Below, one piece after another: positions 32,914 through 42,192 of a stretch of 64,000 nucleotides of DNA. Location of the stretch: NCBI RefSeq assembly GCF_028368995.1, contig NZ_JAQNDL010000004.1, positions 320,001-384,000 on the forward strand, in the 5' to 3' direction. Position 1 is the stretch's first letter. Every line of letters begins with the position of its first letter. Position numbers and translations under genes: made by a program. The stretch comes from Nannocystis bainbridge (GTDB taxonomy: Bacteria > Myxococcota_A > Polyangia > Nannocystales > Nannocystaceae). The notes under the pieces were generated by a model. It was given only the letters and a program-made list of their open reading frames with translations, made no database searches and was not told the origin of the DNA.

Positions 32914-34235
32914 CGGAGCTCGTGGCGGTCGGGCTCAATCACAAGACAGCCCCGGTCGAGCTCCGCGAGCGCCTGGCCTTTGGGACAGGTGACGTCGCGG
33001 CCGCGCTGTCGGCCCTGCGCGAGCGCGCGGGCCTCGGCGAGGTGATGATCGTGTCGACCTGCAACCGCGTCGAGGTCTACGCGGTCGCGCCGCACTGGGC
33101 CCGCGCCGGCGAGCGCGTGCTGCAGGCGCTGGCCGACACGCGCGCGGTGCCGCTGCCCGAGCTGGTGGCACACACGTTCGTGCGCGGCGAACGAGCGGCG
33201 GCGAGTCACATCTGTCGCGTGGCGGCCAGCCTCGAGAGCATGGTGGTCGGCGAGCCGCAGATCCTGGGCCAGGTGAAGGACGCGTTCGAGCTGGCGCAGC
33301 GCGAGGGCACCGTCGGCGGGGTGCTCGACCGCTGCCTCGGGACGGCCTTCCGCGCGGCCAAGCGGGTCCGCAGCGAGACCGAGGTGGCCCGCGGGGCGGC
33401 GAGCGTGCCGTCGGTGGCGGTCGACCTGGCGCGATCGATCTTCGGCGAGCTCACCGGCAGCGGCGCGTTGCTGGTGGGCGCCGGCGAGATGGCGTCGCAG
33501 GCCGGCGTGCACCTCAAGGCGGCCGGCGTGGCCGAGATCGCGGTGGTCAACCGCAGCGAGGCCCGCGGGCGCGCCCTGGCGGACGAGCTTTCAGCCCGCT
33601 TCGCGCCGTGGGACAGCCTCGACGCCGAGCTGCGCCGCGCCGACATCGTGGTGACGAGCACCGGGGCGCAGCGGCCGGTGATCGACCGCGCGCTGCTGCG
33701 ACCGGTGATGAAGGTCCGCCGCGGCAAGCCGATCTTCTTCGTCGACATCGCGGTGCCCCGAGACGTCGAGCCGGAGGTGGCGCGTCTCGAACAGGTGTTC
33801 CTCTACAACATCGACGACCTGCAAGGGATCGTGCACGACAACATGCGGGCCCGGGCAGCCGAGGCGGACCGCGCGGGGTCGCTGGTGGAGGAGGAGGTCG
33901 GCGAGTTCGTGGCCTGGCAACGGGCGCGGGCGATCGGGCCGATCGTGCAGGCGCTGCAGCAGCACGCGCGGGCGATCGCGGAGGCGGAGCTCGGCCGGAT
34001 CCGCGGCAAGCTGCAAGGGCTGGCGCCGGAGCAGCAGAAGGCCGTGGAGGCGCTGGCCAACGGGATCGTGCAGAAGCTGCTGCACAAGCCGATGACGGCG
34101 CTGCGCCAGGCCGCGGTGGGCGAGGGCGGCGAGGCCGACCTGGCCGGGGCGGTGCAGCAGCTGTTCGGGCTCGAGGTGCCGTCGGCGACCGCAGCGGCGG
34201 CAGCACTGCTGAAGCCCGAGCTCGTGCGCGAGTGA
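32910..34235 (+). CDS. hemA: Glutamyl-tRNA reductase
   Basis: GLNHKTAPVELRE, STCNRVE, SLESMVVGEPQILGQ, GAGEM, DIAVPRDV. Confidence 0.97.
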   Translation: MTELVAVGLNHKTAPVELRERLAFGTGDVAAALSALRERAGLGEVMIVSTCNRVEVYAVAPHWARAGERVLQALADTRAVPLPELVAHTFVRGERAAASHICRVAASLESMVVGEPQILGQVKDAFELAQREGTVGGVLDRCLGTAFRAAKRVRSETEVARGAASVPSVAVDLARSIFGELTGSGALLVGAGEMASQAGVHLKAAGVAEIAVVNRSEARGRALADELSARFAPWDSLDAELRRADIVVTSTGAQRPVIDRALLRPVMKVRRGKPIFFVDIAVPRDVEPEVARLEQVFLYNIDDLQGIVHDNMRARAAEADRAGSLVEEEVGEFVAWQRARAIGPIVQALQQHARAIAEAELGRIRGKLQGLAPEQQKAVEALANGIVQKLLHKPMTALRQAAVGEGGEADLAGAVQQLFGLEVPSATAAAAALLKPELVRE

Positions 34236-34264
34236 CGAGGGCCGGGCGCCGCGACGGGCGCGCT

Positions 34265-34348
34265 TGAAGCGAGGGACATGTCCCGAGGAGAATGTCCTGG
34301 GGGGCATGTCCCTGAGGACATGCCCGTGCGGACATGTCCCTCAGGTCT
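34265..34348. repeat. 14-bp-phased palindrome array (6 units) between convergent hemA and hemC
   Basis: tgaagcgagggaca|tgtcccgaggagaa|tgtcctggggggca|tgtccctgaggaca|tgcccgtgcggaca|tgtccctcaggtct. Confidence 0.92.
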
Positions 34349-34542
34349 TGTGGGCCAGGGCGGCGAGCACGGCGTCGGCGCCGAGGCGGAGCAGGAGCTC
34401 GGCGACCCCTCAGGGCTTGTGGGCGAGCGCGGCGAGTACGGCGTCGGCGCGGAGCGGAGCAGGAGCTCGGCGAGCCTCAGGTCTTGTGGGCGAGCGCGGC
34501 GAGCACGGCGTCGGCGCCGAGGCGGAGCAGGAGCTCGGCGAC
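34341..34542 (-). repeat. Triplicated hemC 3' end (about 66 bp including the stop codon)
   Basis: tcagg(t/g)cttgtgggc...gcaggagctcggcga at 34341, 34410 and 34477 (the last is the functional gene end). Confidence 0.92.
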
Positions 34543-35475
34543 GGCGGTGCCGAGGTCGGCGGCGTCGGCGGGCGGACCGACGCGGGCGGCGGTGAAGCAG
34601 GGGCGGCCGCTCGGGTCGGTGATGACGCCGCGGACGTGCAGGAGCTCGCCCTGCAGCTCGGCGTGGCAGCCCATCGGGACCTGGCAGCCGCCGTCGAGGC
34701 GGGCGAGGAAGGAGCGCTCGGCGGCGGCGACGGTGGCGGCGTGGGCGTCGTTCAGCGGGGCGACGAGGGCGCGCACGCGGTCGTCGTCGGCGCGGCTCTC
34801 GAGCGCGAGGATCCCCTGGCAGGCGGCCGGACAGAACTGTTCGGGGTCGAGGCGAGCGTCGATGCGCTCGCTCAGGCCGAGGCGGACGAGGCCGGCGGTG
34901 GCGAGCAGGATGGCGTCGTAGTCGCCGGCGTCGAGCTTGCGCAGGCGGGTGGGCACGTTGCCGCGCAGCGGGCGGATCTGCAGGCCAGGGTGGAGGCGCA
35001 GGGCCAGGGCGCCGCGGCGCAGGCTGGTGGTCCCGAGCGCGGCACCGGCGGGCAAGGACTGGATCGAGAGGTCGCTCGGGGCCTGTCCTTCGGGACAGAG
35101 AGCGGCGCGCAGGGCAGGGCCGAGGACGAGGGCGTCGCGGGCGTCCTCCCGCGGCGGGGTACAGACGATGGCGAGGCCGGGGTGCAGGCGCCCGGGCAGG
35201 TCCTTCATGCTGTGGACGGCGAGGTCGACTTCACCGGCGGCGAGTCGCTCCTCGATGGCGTTGACGAACAGACCCTTGCCGCCGATCTGGTTGAGCGGGC
35301 GGTCCTGGATCCGGTCGCCCTCGGTGGTGATGTGCACGAGCTCGACGGCGAGGCCGTCGCCCCAGACGGCGCGCAGCCGGTCGCGGATGTGGTGGGCTTG
35401 CCACAGCGCCAGCTCGGAGGCGCGAGTGCCGATCCGCAGCGGACGATCGAGGTCGGGCTTGGTCGAGGCGGTCAT
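34477..35475 (-). CDS. hemC: Hydroxymethylbilane synthase (porphobilinogen deaminase)
   Basis: IGTRASELALWQ, GGKGLF, AVHSMKDLP, GTTSLRR, RGNVPTR, LDGGCQVP. Confidence 0.97.
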   Translation of the reverse strand: MTASTKPDLDRPLRIGTRASELALWQAHHIRDRLRAVWGDGLAVELVHITTEGDRIQDRPLNQIGGKGLFVNAIEERLAAGEVDLAVHSMKDLPGRLHPGLAIVCTPPREDARDALVLGPALRAALCPEGQAPSDLSIQSLPAGAALGTTSLRRGALALRLHPGLQIRPLRGNVPTRLRKLDAGDYDAILLATAGLVRLGLSERIDARLDPEQFCPAACQGILALESRADDDRVRALVAPLNDAHAATVAAAERSFLARLDGGCQVPMGCHAELQGELLHVRGVITDPSGRPCFTAARVGPPADAADLGTAVAELLLRLGADAVLAALAHKT

Positions 35476-35807
35476 GCCGGGCGGGGATGATAGCGCCTGC
35501 GCTCGCACGGGCGCCACCGGGGTCGGGCGCCCGGCCCCGGGGGCTCCGAGGGCCGGGGTCGGGCGGCGGGTGTCATCGAGGCGAGCAGGGCCGCGCGAAC
35601 GGCGAGCGCGCCGCCCTGGTGGCCGTCGACCTCGCACGCGGGGGATGCCGGCAATCCGTGACGGCGCTCGGGATCGATGAGGGGTCAGGCCTCGTGGCGT
35701 GCGTTGCCTTGGTGCGCAGTCGGTCGCGAGGCATGCTGGCCTCGGAGACCGGAGGCGGGCGGCAAGCAGTGCCCGCTCGGCGCAGGTCCGGCGAGAGGAC
35801 GAGGACG

Positions 35808-36143
35808 ATGATCCGCGTGATGTACTGGTGGAAGGTCGAGCCGGGCCAGGAAGATGCGTTCGCGGCGGCGTGGTCGCAGGTGACGCGGTGGATCCGGGAG
35901 CATAAACCGGGCGCTCGCGGCAGCTTGCTGCTGCGCAGCGCCGAGGACCCGCACGAGTTCGTGGCGATCGCCCGCTGGACCAGCCGCGAGGCGTGGGAGG
36001 CGTCGCCGCAGCTGGATGACGCCGAGATGCAGGTGCATCGGCAGACGATGCGGACGACGGCGGAACGCTCGCGCCCGGCCGTGTTCTTCGAGGAGGTGGC
36101 CGACCTGACGGTCAGCGACGAGGAGCGGGCAGGCGAGGCTTGA
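35808..36143 (+). CDS. Antibiotic biosynthesis monooxygenase (ABM) domain protein
   Basis: KVEPGQEDAF, PGARGSLL, FVAIARWTSREAW; GAGGA RBS. Confidence 0.85.
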   Translation: MIRVMYWWKVEPGQEDAFAAAWSQVTRWIREHKPGARGSLLLRSAEDPHEFVAIARWTSREAWEASPQLDDAEMQVHRQTMRTTAERSRPAVFFEEVADLTVSDEERAGEA

Positions 36144-36189
36144 GGCGTGCCGGCGCTTCGCACGGCGCGGCGGGCACGTGGGAGACGCC

Positions 36190-36265
36190 TGGCGACAGGG
36201 ACATGTCGCTGAGGACATAAACCGAAGGACATGCCCATACGGGCATGTCCTCGAAAACATGTCCT
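36190..36265. repeat. 14-bp-phased palindrome array (5+ units) between convergent genes
   Basis: tggcgacagggaca|tgtcgctgaggaca|taaaccgaaggaca|tgcccatacgggca|tgtcctcgaaaaca|tgtcc. Confidence 0.9.
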
Positions 36266-37126
36266 TCAGCGCTTGTCGGCCGGCGGGTCTTCGGGGGCGC
36301 CGCCGAGGCGGAACACGATCTCGCCGCGGATCTGGTCGGTCTCGACCCAGCCGATCGCCCGTGAGTCGCAGCAGGCGCCCTCGTCGCGGTTGTCGGCGAC
36401 GAGCAGGTAGCCGTCGGCGGGCATCTCGTAGGGGCCGCCGTCGGCGGGCACGCCCATGCCGGGCCAGGCGTCGGGGCCGGCGGTGCTGGCGAGGACCTGA
36501 TAGCGGCGATCGCCGATGATCTCGAAGGAGGTCGGGCGCCCGTTGGGCACGCCGGGGCCGTCGCCGGGCTTGTGCGCGAGCGGCTCGCCGTTGACGGCGA
36601 GGCCGAGGGCGCCGCGCGGATCGCCGAAGGTGACGGCGTCGCCGGGGAGGGCGAGGATCCGCGCGACCCGCAGGCTGCGCGGCGGCGGTCGCCCGGCGAC
36701 GCCGCTGCGCCGCTGGACCTTCTCCCACTCGTCGTCGAGGCCGAGCTCCTTGGCGTCGACGACGGCGGTGTTGCGCAGGCGATCGCGGGTGCCGGGCACG
36801 CGCGGACGCGCGTCGGGCAGGGGCCGCTCGCCGGGCAGCTCCTGCACGGGCGAGGGCTCGGGCGGCGGCGGCGGCGGCGTGGGGTCGTAGACGACGAGGT
36901 CGCCGCGGTCGAGGCCCCAGGTGCCGCGCACGAACAGGACGTGATCGCCGCTGCGGAGGTTGGGCGCCATGCCGTCGCCGTGGATCTCGACGACGGTGGC
37001 GAAGCTGCAGCGCAGCATCAAGAGAGCGGCGCCACCGACGAGCACGCCCCAGGCGAGCCGCGTCGGCCAGGTGCGATCCGGCGGCGCGGGGTAGTCGTCA
37101 GGCTCTGGTTCGCGGCGAAACAACAT
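36266..37126 (-). CDS. Signal peptidase I (S26) homolog, catalytic Ser and Lys apparently substituted
   Basis: TM anchor; box B IHGDGMAPNLRSGD; RGDLVVY; box D VARILALPGD; box E ADNRDEGACCDSRAIG. Confidence 0.85.
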   Translation of the reverse strand: MLFRREPEPDDYPAPPDRTWPTRLAWGVLVGGAALLMLRCSFATVVEIHGDGMAPNLRSGDHVLFVRGTWGLDRGDLVVYDPTPPPPPPEPSPVQELPGERPLPDARPRVPGTRDRLRNTAVVDAKELGLDDEWEKVQRRSGVAGRPPPRSLRVARILALPGDAVTFGDPRGALGLAVNGEPLAHKPGDGPGVPNGRPTSFEIIGDRRYQVLASTAGPDAWPGMGVPADGGPYEMPADGYLLVADNRDEGACCDSRAIGWVETDQIRGEIVFRLGGAPEDPPADKR

Positions 37127-37781
37127 GCGAGGCGCGGAGCTGTTCGCTCAGCGCGGCGACATCTTGCTCGACCCGGGCGGGCGGACCAAAGAAGACGCCG
37201 ATCCCGGCGAGGGCCCGCGCGCCGGCGGCGAGGCAGGCGGCGGCGGTGGCCGGACCGACGCCGCCGAGGGCGACGAGGCAGGCGGCGGGCTCGGCGGCCC
37301 AGGCGCGCAGACCGTCGAGGCCGATCGGTCGCTTGCTGCCGAGCGGAGCGCCGGGCTGGGCGGTGGTCGGCGGGAAGACGGGGGCGACGAGGGTGTAGTC
37401 GACGAGGTGGTGGCCGGGCTGTGGGGGGCCGTGCACGGCCCGGCCGAGCAGGCCGGGCAGGCGCGGGCGCAGCTCGGCGAGGCGGACGAGCGAGGGGTCG
37501 CCGCGCAGGTGGAGGCCGTCGACGTCGGGCAGGCCGGCGGCGCGTAGGGCGTGCTCGGGATCGACGGCGAGCAGGATCGGGATCGCGCGCTCGCGGCAGC
37601 GGCGGACGACAGCGGCGAGGCGGCCGGCCGGATCGAGCAGAGCCTCCGGCGCGGCGCCAGGCTCGCGCAGGAGGACGGCCAGCGCGAGGTCGCCGGCACC
37701 GGCGCGCCAGCACCCGACGAGCTCGGGATCGACGGGGCCGGTCGGCGGGGTGATGGCGAGCAGATGGAAGGGCGGGGTCAC
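37098..37781 (-). CDS. thiE: Thiamine-phosphate synthase / TenI-like protein
   Basis: LLRE, DGLHL, GRAVH, DYTLVAPVFPPT, VALGGV; follows thiS-thiG. Confidence 0.75.
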   Translation of the reverse strand: MTPPFHLLAITPPTGPVDPELVGCWRAGAGDLALAVLLREPGAAPEALLDPAGRLAAVVRRCRERAIPILLAVDPEHALRAAGLPDVDGLHLRGDPSLVRLAELRPRLPGLLGRAVHGPPQPGHHLVDYTLVAPVFPPTTAQPGAPLGSKRPIGLDGLRAWAAEPAACLVALGGVGPATAAACLAAGARALAGIGVFFGPPARVEQDVAALSEQLRASHVVSPRTRA

Positions 37782-37797
37782 GAGGACGCGCGCGCGT

Positions 37798-38574
37798 TCA
37801 CTCGATCATGCCCGCCGTCGGGCTCGAGGCGCTGCCGATCACGCGCGTGGGCATGCGGCCGGCGCGGAAGGCCTTGCGACCGGCGACGATGCCGTCGCGC
37901 ATGGCCTCGGCCATGAGCAAGGGGACCTGGGCGTGGGCCACGGCGGTGTTCATGAGCACGGCGGTGCAGCCGAGCTCCATGGCGATCGCGGCGTCGCTGG
38001 CGGTGCCGACGCCGGCGTCGACGATGACCGGGATCTTGGCCTGCTCGATGATGAGGCGGATGTTGTGCGGGTTGCGGATCCCGAGGCCGCTGCCGATCGG
38101 CGCCGCGAGCGGCATGACGGCGGCGCAGCCCATCGCCTCGAGCTTGCGGCAGACGATCGGATCGTCGGTGCAGTAAGGAAGGACGACGAAGCCCTCGTCG
38201 AGGAGGATCTTGGCGGCCTTGAGGGTCTCTTCGTTGTCGGGCAGGAGCGTGCGCGGGTCGCCGATGACCTCGAGCTTGACGAGGTCGGCGATGCCGAGCT
38301 CGCGCGCGAGGCGGAGCGTGCGAACGGCGTCGTCGGCGGTGTAGCAGCCGGCGGTGTTCGGCAGCAGCGTGTAGCGGCTGCGATCGATCCACGACAGCAG
38401 GTTGTCCTTGACCTTGAGGTCGACGCGGCGCAGCGCGACCGTCACGATCTCGGCGCCGCTGGCGGCCAGGCAGGCGCGCGTCTCCTCGGCGTCCTTGTAC
38501 TTGCCGGTGCCGATGATGAGGCGCGAGGTCAGGGTCCGACCGGCGAGGGTCCAGGTGTCGTGTGTATCGCTCAA
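37798..38574 (-). CDS. thiG: Thiazole synthase
   Basis: [44 protein letters not shown]; TTG start. Confidence 0.97.
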   Translation of the reverse strand: MSDTHDTWTLAGRTLTSRLIIGTGKYKDAEETRACLAASGAEIVTVALRRVDLKVKDNLLSWIDRSRYTLLPNTAGCYTADDAVRTLRLARELGIADLVKLEVIGDPRTLLPDNEETLKAAKILLDEGFVVLPYCTDDPIVCRKLEAMGCAAVMPLAAPIGSGLGIRNPHNIRLIIEQAKIPVIVDAGVGTASDAAIAMELGCTAVLMNTAVAHAQVPLLMAEAMRDGIVAGRKAFRAGRMPTRVIGSASSPTAGMIE

Positions 38575-38576
38575 TT

Positions 38577-38780
38577 TCAGCCTCCGCCGACGAAGGTGAC
38601 CACCTCGAGCCGGTCACCGTCGACCAGCTCGATCTGTGCGTAGGTGGCCCGTGGCACGATCTCTCGGTTGCGTTCGACCGCTACCTGCCGCGGATCCAGA
38701 CCCAGCGAGGCGACCAGCGCCGCGACCGTGGTCCCGGGCGCGAACGGGTGGGGCTCGCCGTTGAGCACGAGGGTCGGCAC
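38577..38780 (-). CDS. thiS: Sulfur carrier protein ThiS
   Basis: LNGE...[12 protein letters not shown]...[13 protein letters not shown]. Confidence 0.95.
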   Translation of the reverse strand: MPTLVLNGEPHPFAPGTTVAALVASLGLDPRQVAVERNREIVPRATYAQIELVDGDRLEVVTFVGGG

Positions 38781-39006
38781 GGGCGGAAAGGTACAACGAA
38801 CCGGGGGTGCGACGAGATGGCGCCATGTGCGCCGGCACGACATGGATCACAGCGTTGCCCAATTCACTCACCTGTGGCGATCGTGCAACAGGTACCCAGG
38901 GGCGCGATGATCGCCGTATTTTTGGAAGACTAATGGAAAATCAATGAGTTAGGCGTTTGACGCGCCGTGCCGGCGTTTGGCCCGCTTTGTGCTCACTCCC
39001 ACAAGT

Positions 39007-39735
39007 ATGCACGTTGAGTCGGAATCCCGCCGTCCGAGCATCCCCCTGGAACGCATGGAAGCCCAGGATATCCTGTCCTGCGTCGAGCCCTTCACCGCTG
39101 CCCGCCCCGCCGAGTTGGAGGTGCTGGGGCGCACGGCCGTACGAGTCCGAAAGACGCCCGCCAGCATCCTCTGCCACGATGGGCAGCCGGCTGACGGCCT
39201 TTATATCGTGCTCCGTGGACGCATCAACCTGGTCCGCGCCGTCGATGGCAACCGCGACCTGATCCTGTCGAGCCTCGGGCCCGGCGAAGTGTTCGGCGAG
39301 AACTGCGCGATGCCCGGGATGGTGATGTCGACCACCGCCGTCGCCGCGGTGCAGAGCGAGATGCTGCGGATCCCCGGCGAGGCGCTCAGCGAGCACCTCC
39401 GGCGCGAGCCCGAGACCGTGGTCCGCTTGATGCGGATGCAGTACGAGAAGCTCCGCGAGGTCGAGGCGGTGGCGAGCGGCCTGGCGCTGTGTGACGTGGA
39501 GCAGCGGCTGCGCCGCACGCTCGCTCGCCTGGCGCGTCGGCAGGGCCGCCGCAACCCGGCGAGCGCCGGCTGGATCCTCGCGCCGGTGCCGACGCAGTCG
39601 GAGCTCGCGCGCATGGTCGGCTCGTGTCGTGAGACCGTGTCCCGCACGCTCAGCGCGATGGCCCGCAACGGCCTCGTCAGCGGCAGCGGCCGGCGCATGA
39701 TCCTCAACGACAGCCTCGTCAACGAGACGCCCTGA
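39007..39735 (+). CDS. Crp/Fnr family transcriptional regulator
   Basis: LYIVLRGRI, GPGEVFGE, DVEQRL, TQSELARMVGSCRETVSRTL helix-turn-helix; AT-rich upstream region 38860-38960. Confidence 0.93.
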   Translation: MHVESESRRPSIPLERMEAQDILSCVEPFTAARPAELEVLGRTAVRVRKTPASILCHDGQPADGLYIVLRGRINLVRAVDGNRDLILSSLGPGEVFGENCAMPGMVMSTTAVAAVQSEMLRIPGEALSEHLRREPETVVRLMRMQYEKLREVEAVASGLALCDVEQRLRRTLARLARRQGRRNPASAGWILAPVPTQSELARMVGSCRETVSRTLSAMARNGLVSGSGRRMILNDSLVNETP

Positions 39736-39821
39736 AGCCCGCGGAATGTCGGCGAGGCCGGGCGCGTTGGGGGACGCGCCCGATGCCACGTTCCCCGACT
39801 CCTCGTGCTAACTTCGGGCCC

Positions 39822-40994
39822 GTGGCTTATTCCGGGCCTGATCGTCGGGTCGCCGACCGCAGGCAAGCGCCGATCGTCGAAGTCCGGCCGACTTATGCGT
39901 ATGTCGACGCCGGCGCGATGGTCCACAACCTGCGCACCGTGCAGGCGGCCGTCGGTCCGCGCTGCCGCGTGCTCGCGGTGGTCAAGGCCGACGGCTACGG
40001 CCACGGCGCGATCGAGGCGGCCCGCACGTTCGTCGACGCCGGCGCGTGGGGCTGCGCGGTCAGCCTGGTCGAGGAGGGCGTCGAGCTGCGCCAGGCCGAG
40101 ATCCGCGCGCCGGTGCTGGTGCTCGGCGGGGTCCATCCGGGCTCCGAAGACGTGATCGTGCACCGCTCGCTGACGCCGGTGGTGTGGGCCCGCGAGCACC
40201 TGCAGCTGCTGTCCGCCGCGGTCCGTCGCAGCGGGGCGCCGCCGCTGCCGATCCACCTGAAGATCGACACGGGCATGTCGCGGCTCGGCGCGCTGCCCGG
40301 CCAGCTGCCGGAGTTCCTCGACTGGCTCGAGGGCGAGGACGGGCAGCACGTGCGGCTCGAAGGCGTGATGACCCACTTCGCCTGCGCCGACGAGCCGGAC
40401 GACGTGACGAGCCCGCGCCAGCTCGAGTCGTTCCGCGACAGCCTGGCGGCGCTGGCCAGCCGCGGGTTCCACCCGCCGATCCGCCACGTGTGCAACAGCG
40501 CGGGGCTGGTCCGCCTGCCGCACGCGCACTTCGACATGGTGCGCCCGGGCGTGGCGATCTACGGGGCGGCGTCGAGCCGCGAGGTCGAGCTGCCGGGGTT
40601 GAAGATGGCGATGAGCGTGCACTCGCGGATCCTCGGCATCCGCGAGCTGCCGGCCGGCGCGCGGGTGTCGTACGGGCACCGCATGGAGCTGACGCGGCCG
40701 TCGCGGCTCGGCATCGTCCCGGTCGGCTACGCCGACGGCTACCCGCGGCGCATGAGCGGGCAGGCGCAGGTGCTGGTCCGCGGGCACCGCTGTCGGGTGG
40801 TCGGCAACATCACGATGGACGTGTCGATGATCGACGTGACCGACCTGCCCGACGCCCGCGAGGGCGAGCGCGTGACGCTGCTCGGGGCCCAGGGGCGCGA
40901 CCGCATCGACGCCTACGAGCTGGCGCGTTGGGCTGATGTCATCCCGTACGAGATCCTGTGCGGGATCTCGAAGCGGGTGCCGCGGCGGGGGTAG
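39822..40994 (+). CDS. alr: Alanine racemase
   Basis: AVVKADGYGHG, HLKIDTGMSRLG, THFACAD, VRPGVAIYG, GYADG, ITMD; start approximate. Confidence 0.96.
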   Translation: MAYSGPDRRVADRRQAPIVEVRPTYAYVDAGAMVHNLRTVQAAVGPRCRVLAVVKADGYGHGAIEAARTFVDAGAWGCAVSLVEEGVELRQAEIRAPVLVLGGVHPGSEDVIVHRSLTPVVWAREHLQLLSAAVRRSGAPPLPIHLKIDTGMSRLGALPGQLPEFLDWLEGEDGQHVRLEGVMTHFACADEPDDVTSPRQLESFRDSLAALASRGFHPPIRHVCNSAGLVRLPHAHFDMVRPGVAIYGAASSREVELPGLKMAMSVHSRILGIRELPAGARVSYGHRMELTRPSRLGIVPVGYADGYPRRMSGQAQVLVRGHRCRVVGNITMDVSMIDVTDLPDAREGERVTLLGAQGRDRIDAYELARWADVIPYEILCGISKRVPRRG

Positions 40995-40995
40995 C

Positions 40996-41079
40996 GGAGC
41001 TTCGGGACATGTCGCGCAGGACATGTCCGTTCGGACAATGACGAAGGGACATGCTCTTTCGAGCATGTCCCTTGAGATA
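40996..41079. repeat. 14-bp-phased palindrome array (6 units) between convergent genes
   Basis: ggagcttcgggaca|tgtcgcgcaggaca|tgtccgttcggaca|atgacgaagggaca|tgctctttcgagca|tgtcccttgagata. Confidence 0.92.
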
Positions 41080-41095
41080 GCGACCAGCCCCGGGC

Positions 41096-42136
41096 TCAGT
41101 TGCCGGCGGGCGGGGGCGCGGAGGTGGTCGGCGGCTGGCTGCTGGCCGGGGGCTCGCCGCCGGCGGGCGGGGGCGCTCCGGCCTCGTTGCAGTCCTCGGA
41201 GCCGACGTAGTCCGGGTGGCATGGGTCGCTGATGTCCTGCACCTTGGGCGCCGCGGCGCCGCCGGTCTGGCTGACCGGCTTCGACCAGTTCACCTCGGTC
41301 TTGGCGAAGGTATTGGTGTTGCCGGCGTCGAAGATCTGCTCCTCGTTGACGTAGCTGTAGAGGTAGCGCTGGTCGGTGGCGAACAGGGCGGTGATCGTCG
41401 ACTGCTTCTTGACCTCGTGGCTGCCGCTCGAGGTGGTGGTGATCTCGGTCTCGTCGGTGTCGGTGATGAGCCGCGCGACGGTGATCGGCGGCTCGCCGGT
41501 CTGATAGAAGCCGTCGACCTTGCTGGTGACGGTGCCCTCGGAGTAGCGGCCGAGCTTGCCCTTGCGGCCGCGCTTCTTGTCGTCCTTCCAGGTGTCGCCG
41601 GCCTTGAGCGGGCGCGCGGGGACGGTGAGGAAGGCGGTCTCGAGGGCGTCCAGGGCCTGCTGGAGGACGACGCGGAGCTCGGCCGAGAGGTCCTCGGGGA
41701 GCTCGGGCATGTGGAGGATCTTGCCGGTGTCGTCGACGCTGAAGTCGACCTCGAGGCCCTGCAGCTGCTGGCCGGCGGTCCGGTTGAACTCGGCGACGCT
41801 GATCGGGAAGCTCGGCGGGAGGCTCCACTTGATCTGGACGGCGCTGAAGCGGGCAGTGACGGCGGTGCCGCCGTGGGCCTCGTCGGCGCCGCGCACGGTC
41901 AGCGTGAGATCGAAGCTGAAGCTCTGGGAGGAGCTGGTGGCGCTGGTGGCGGCGCGGATGGTGGCGCTGCGGCGCACGCTGCCCTGGTAGACCTGGCCCG
42001 CGGTGAGGTCGTAGCGCAGCGTGATGCCCTCGGCCGGCGCCTCGACCTTGGTGAGGCCGGGGCCGGTCTTGCACCCGGGCAGCGACGGAGCGGCACAGAG
42101 GACGAAGGCGAGGAGCCAGCGAGGGGCGCGAACCAT
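41096..42136 (-). CDS. Lipoprotein, DUF6263-like fold
   Basis: LPGC lipobox; ITLRYDLTAGQ; VPARPLKAGDTW; resembles the protein at 15953..17005. Confidence 0.75.
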   Translation of the reverse strand: MVRAPRWLLAFVLCAAPSLPGCKTGPGLTKVEAPAEGITLRYDLTAGQVYQGSVRRSATIRAATSATSSSQSFSFDLTLTVRGADEAHGGTAVTARFSAVQIKWSLPPSFPISVAEFNRTAGQQLQGLEVDFSVDDTGKILHMPELPEDLSAELRVVLQQALDALETAFLTVPARPLKAGDTWKDDKKRGRKGKLGRYSEGTVTSKVDGFYQTGEPPITVARLITDTDETEITTTSSGSHEVKKQSTITALFATDQRYLYSYVNEEQIFDAGNTNTFAKTEVNWSKPVSQTGGAAAPKVQDISDPCHPDYVGSEDCNEAGAPPPAGGEPPASSQPPTTSAPPPAGN

Positions 42137-42192
42137 GGCCCGGAACATACGCGGGCGCGTATCGCACGGTCAACCGGCGGCGATCCGACGCC

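Noticed and set aside
38836-38851. CRP box upstream of the Crp/Fnr gene
   Set aside because: Only the TCACA half matches; the other half (CACGA) is poor.
39007-39735. Calling the Crp/Fnr gene mrpC
   Set aside because: Only family-level similarity is visible, and there is no mrpAB context.
34265-41079. 14-bp arrays as CRISPR or ordinary minisatellites
   Set aside because: The variable part is only 4-6 bp, and units are not identical copies.
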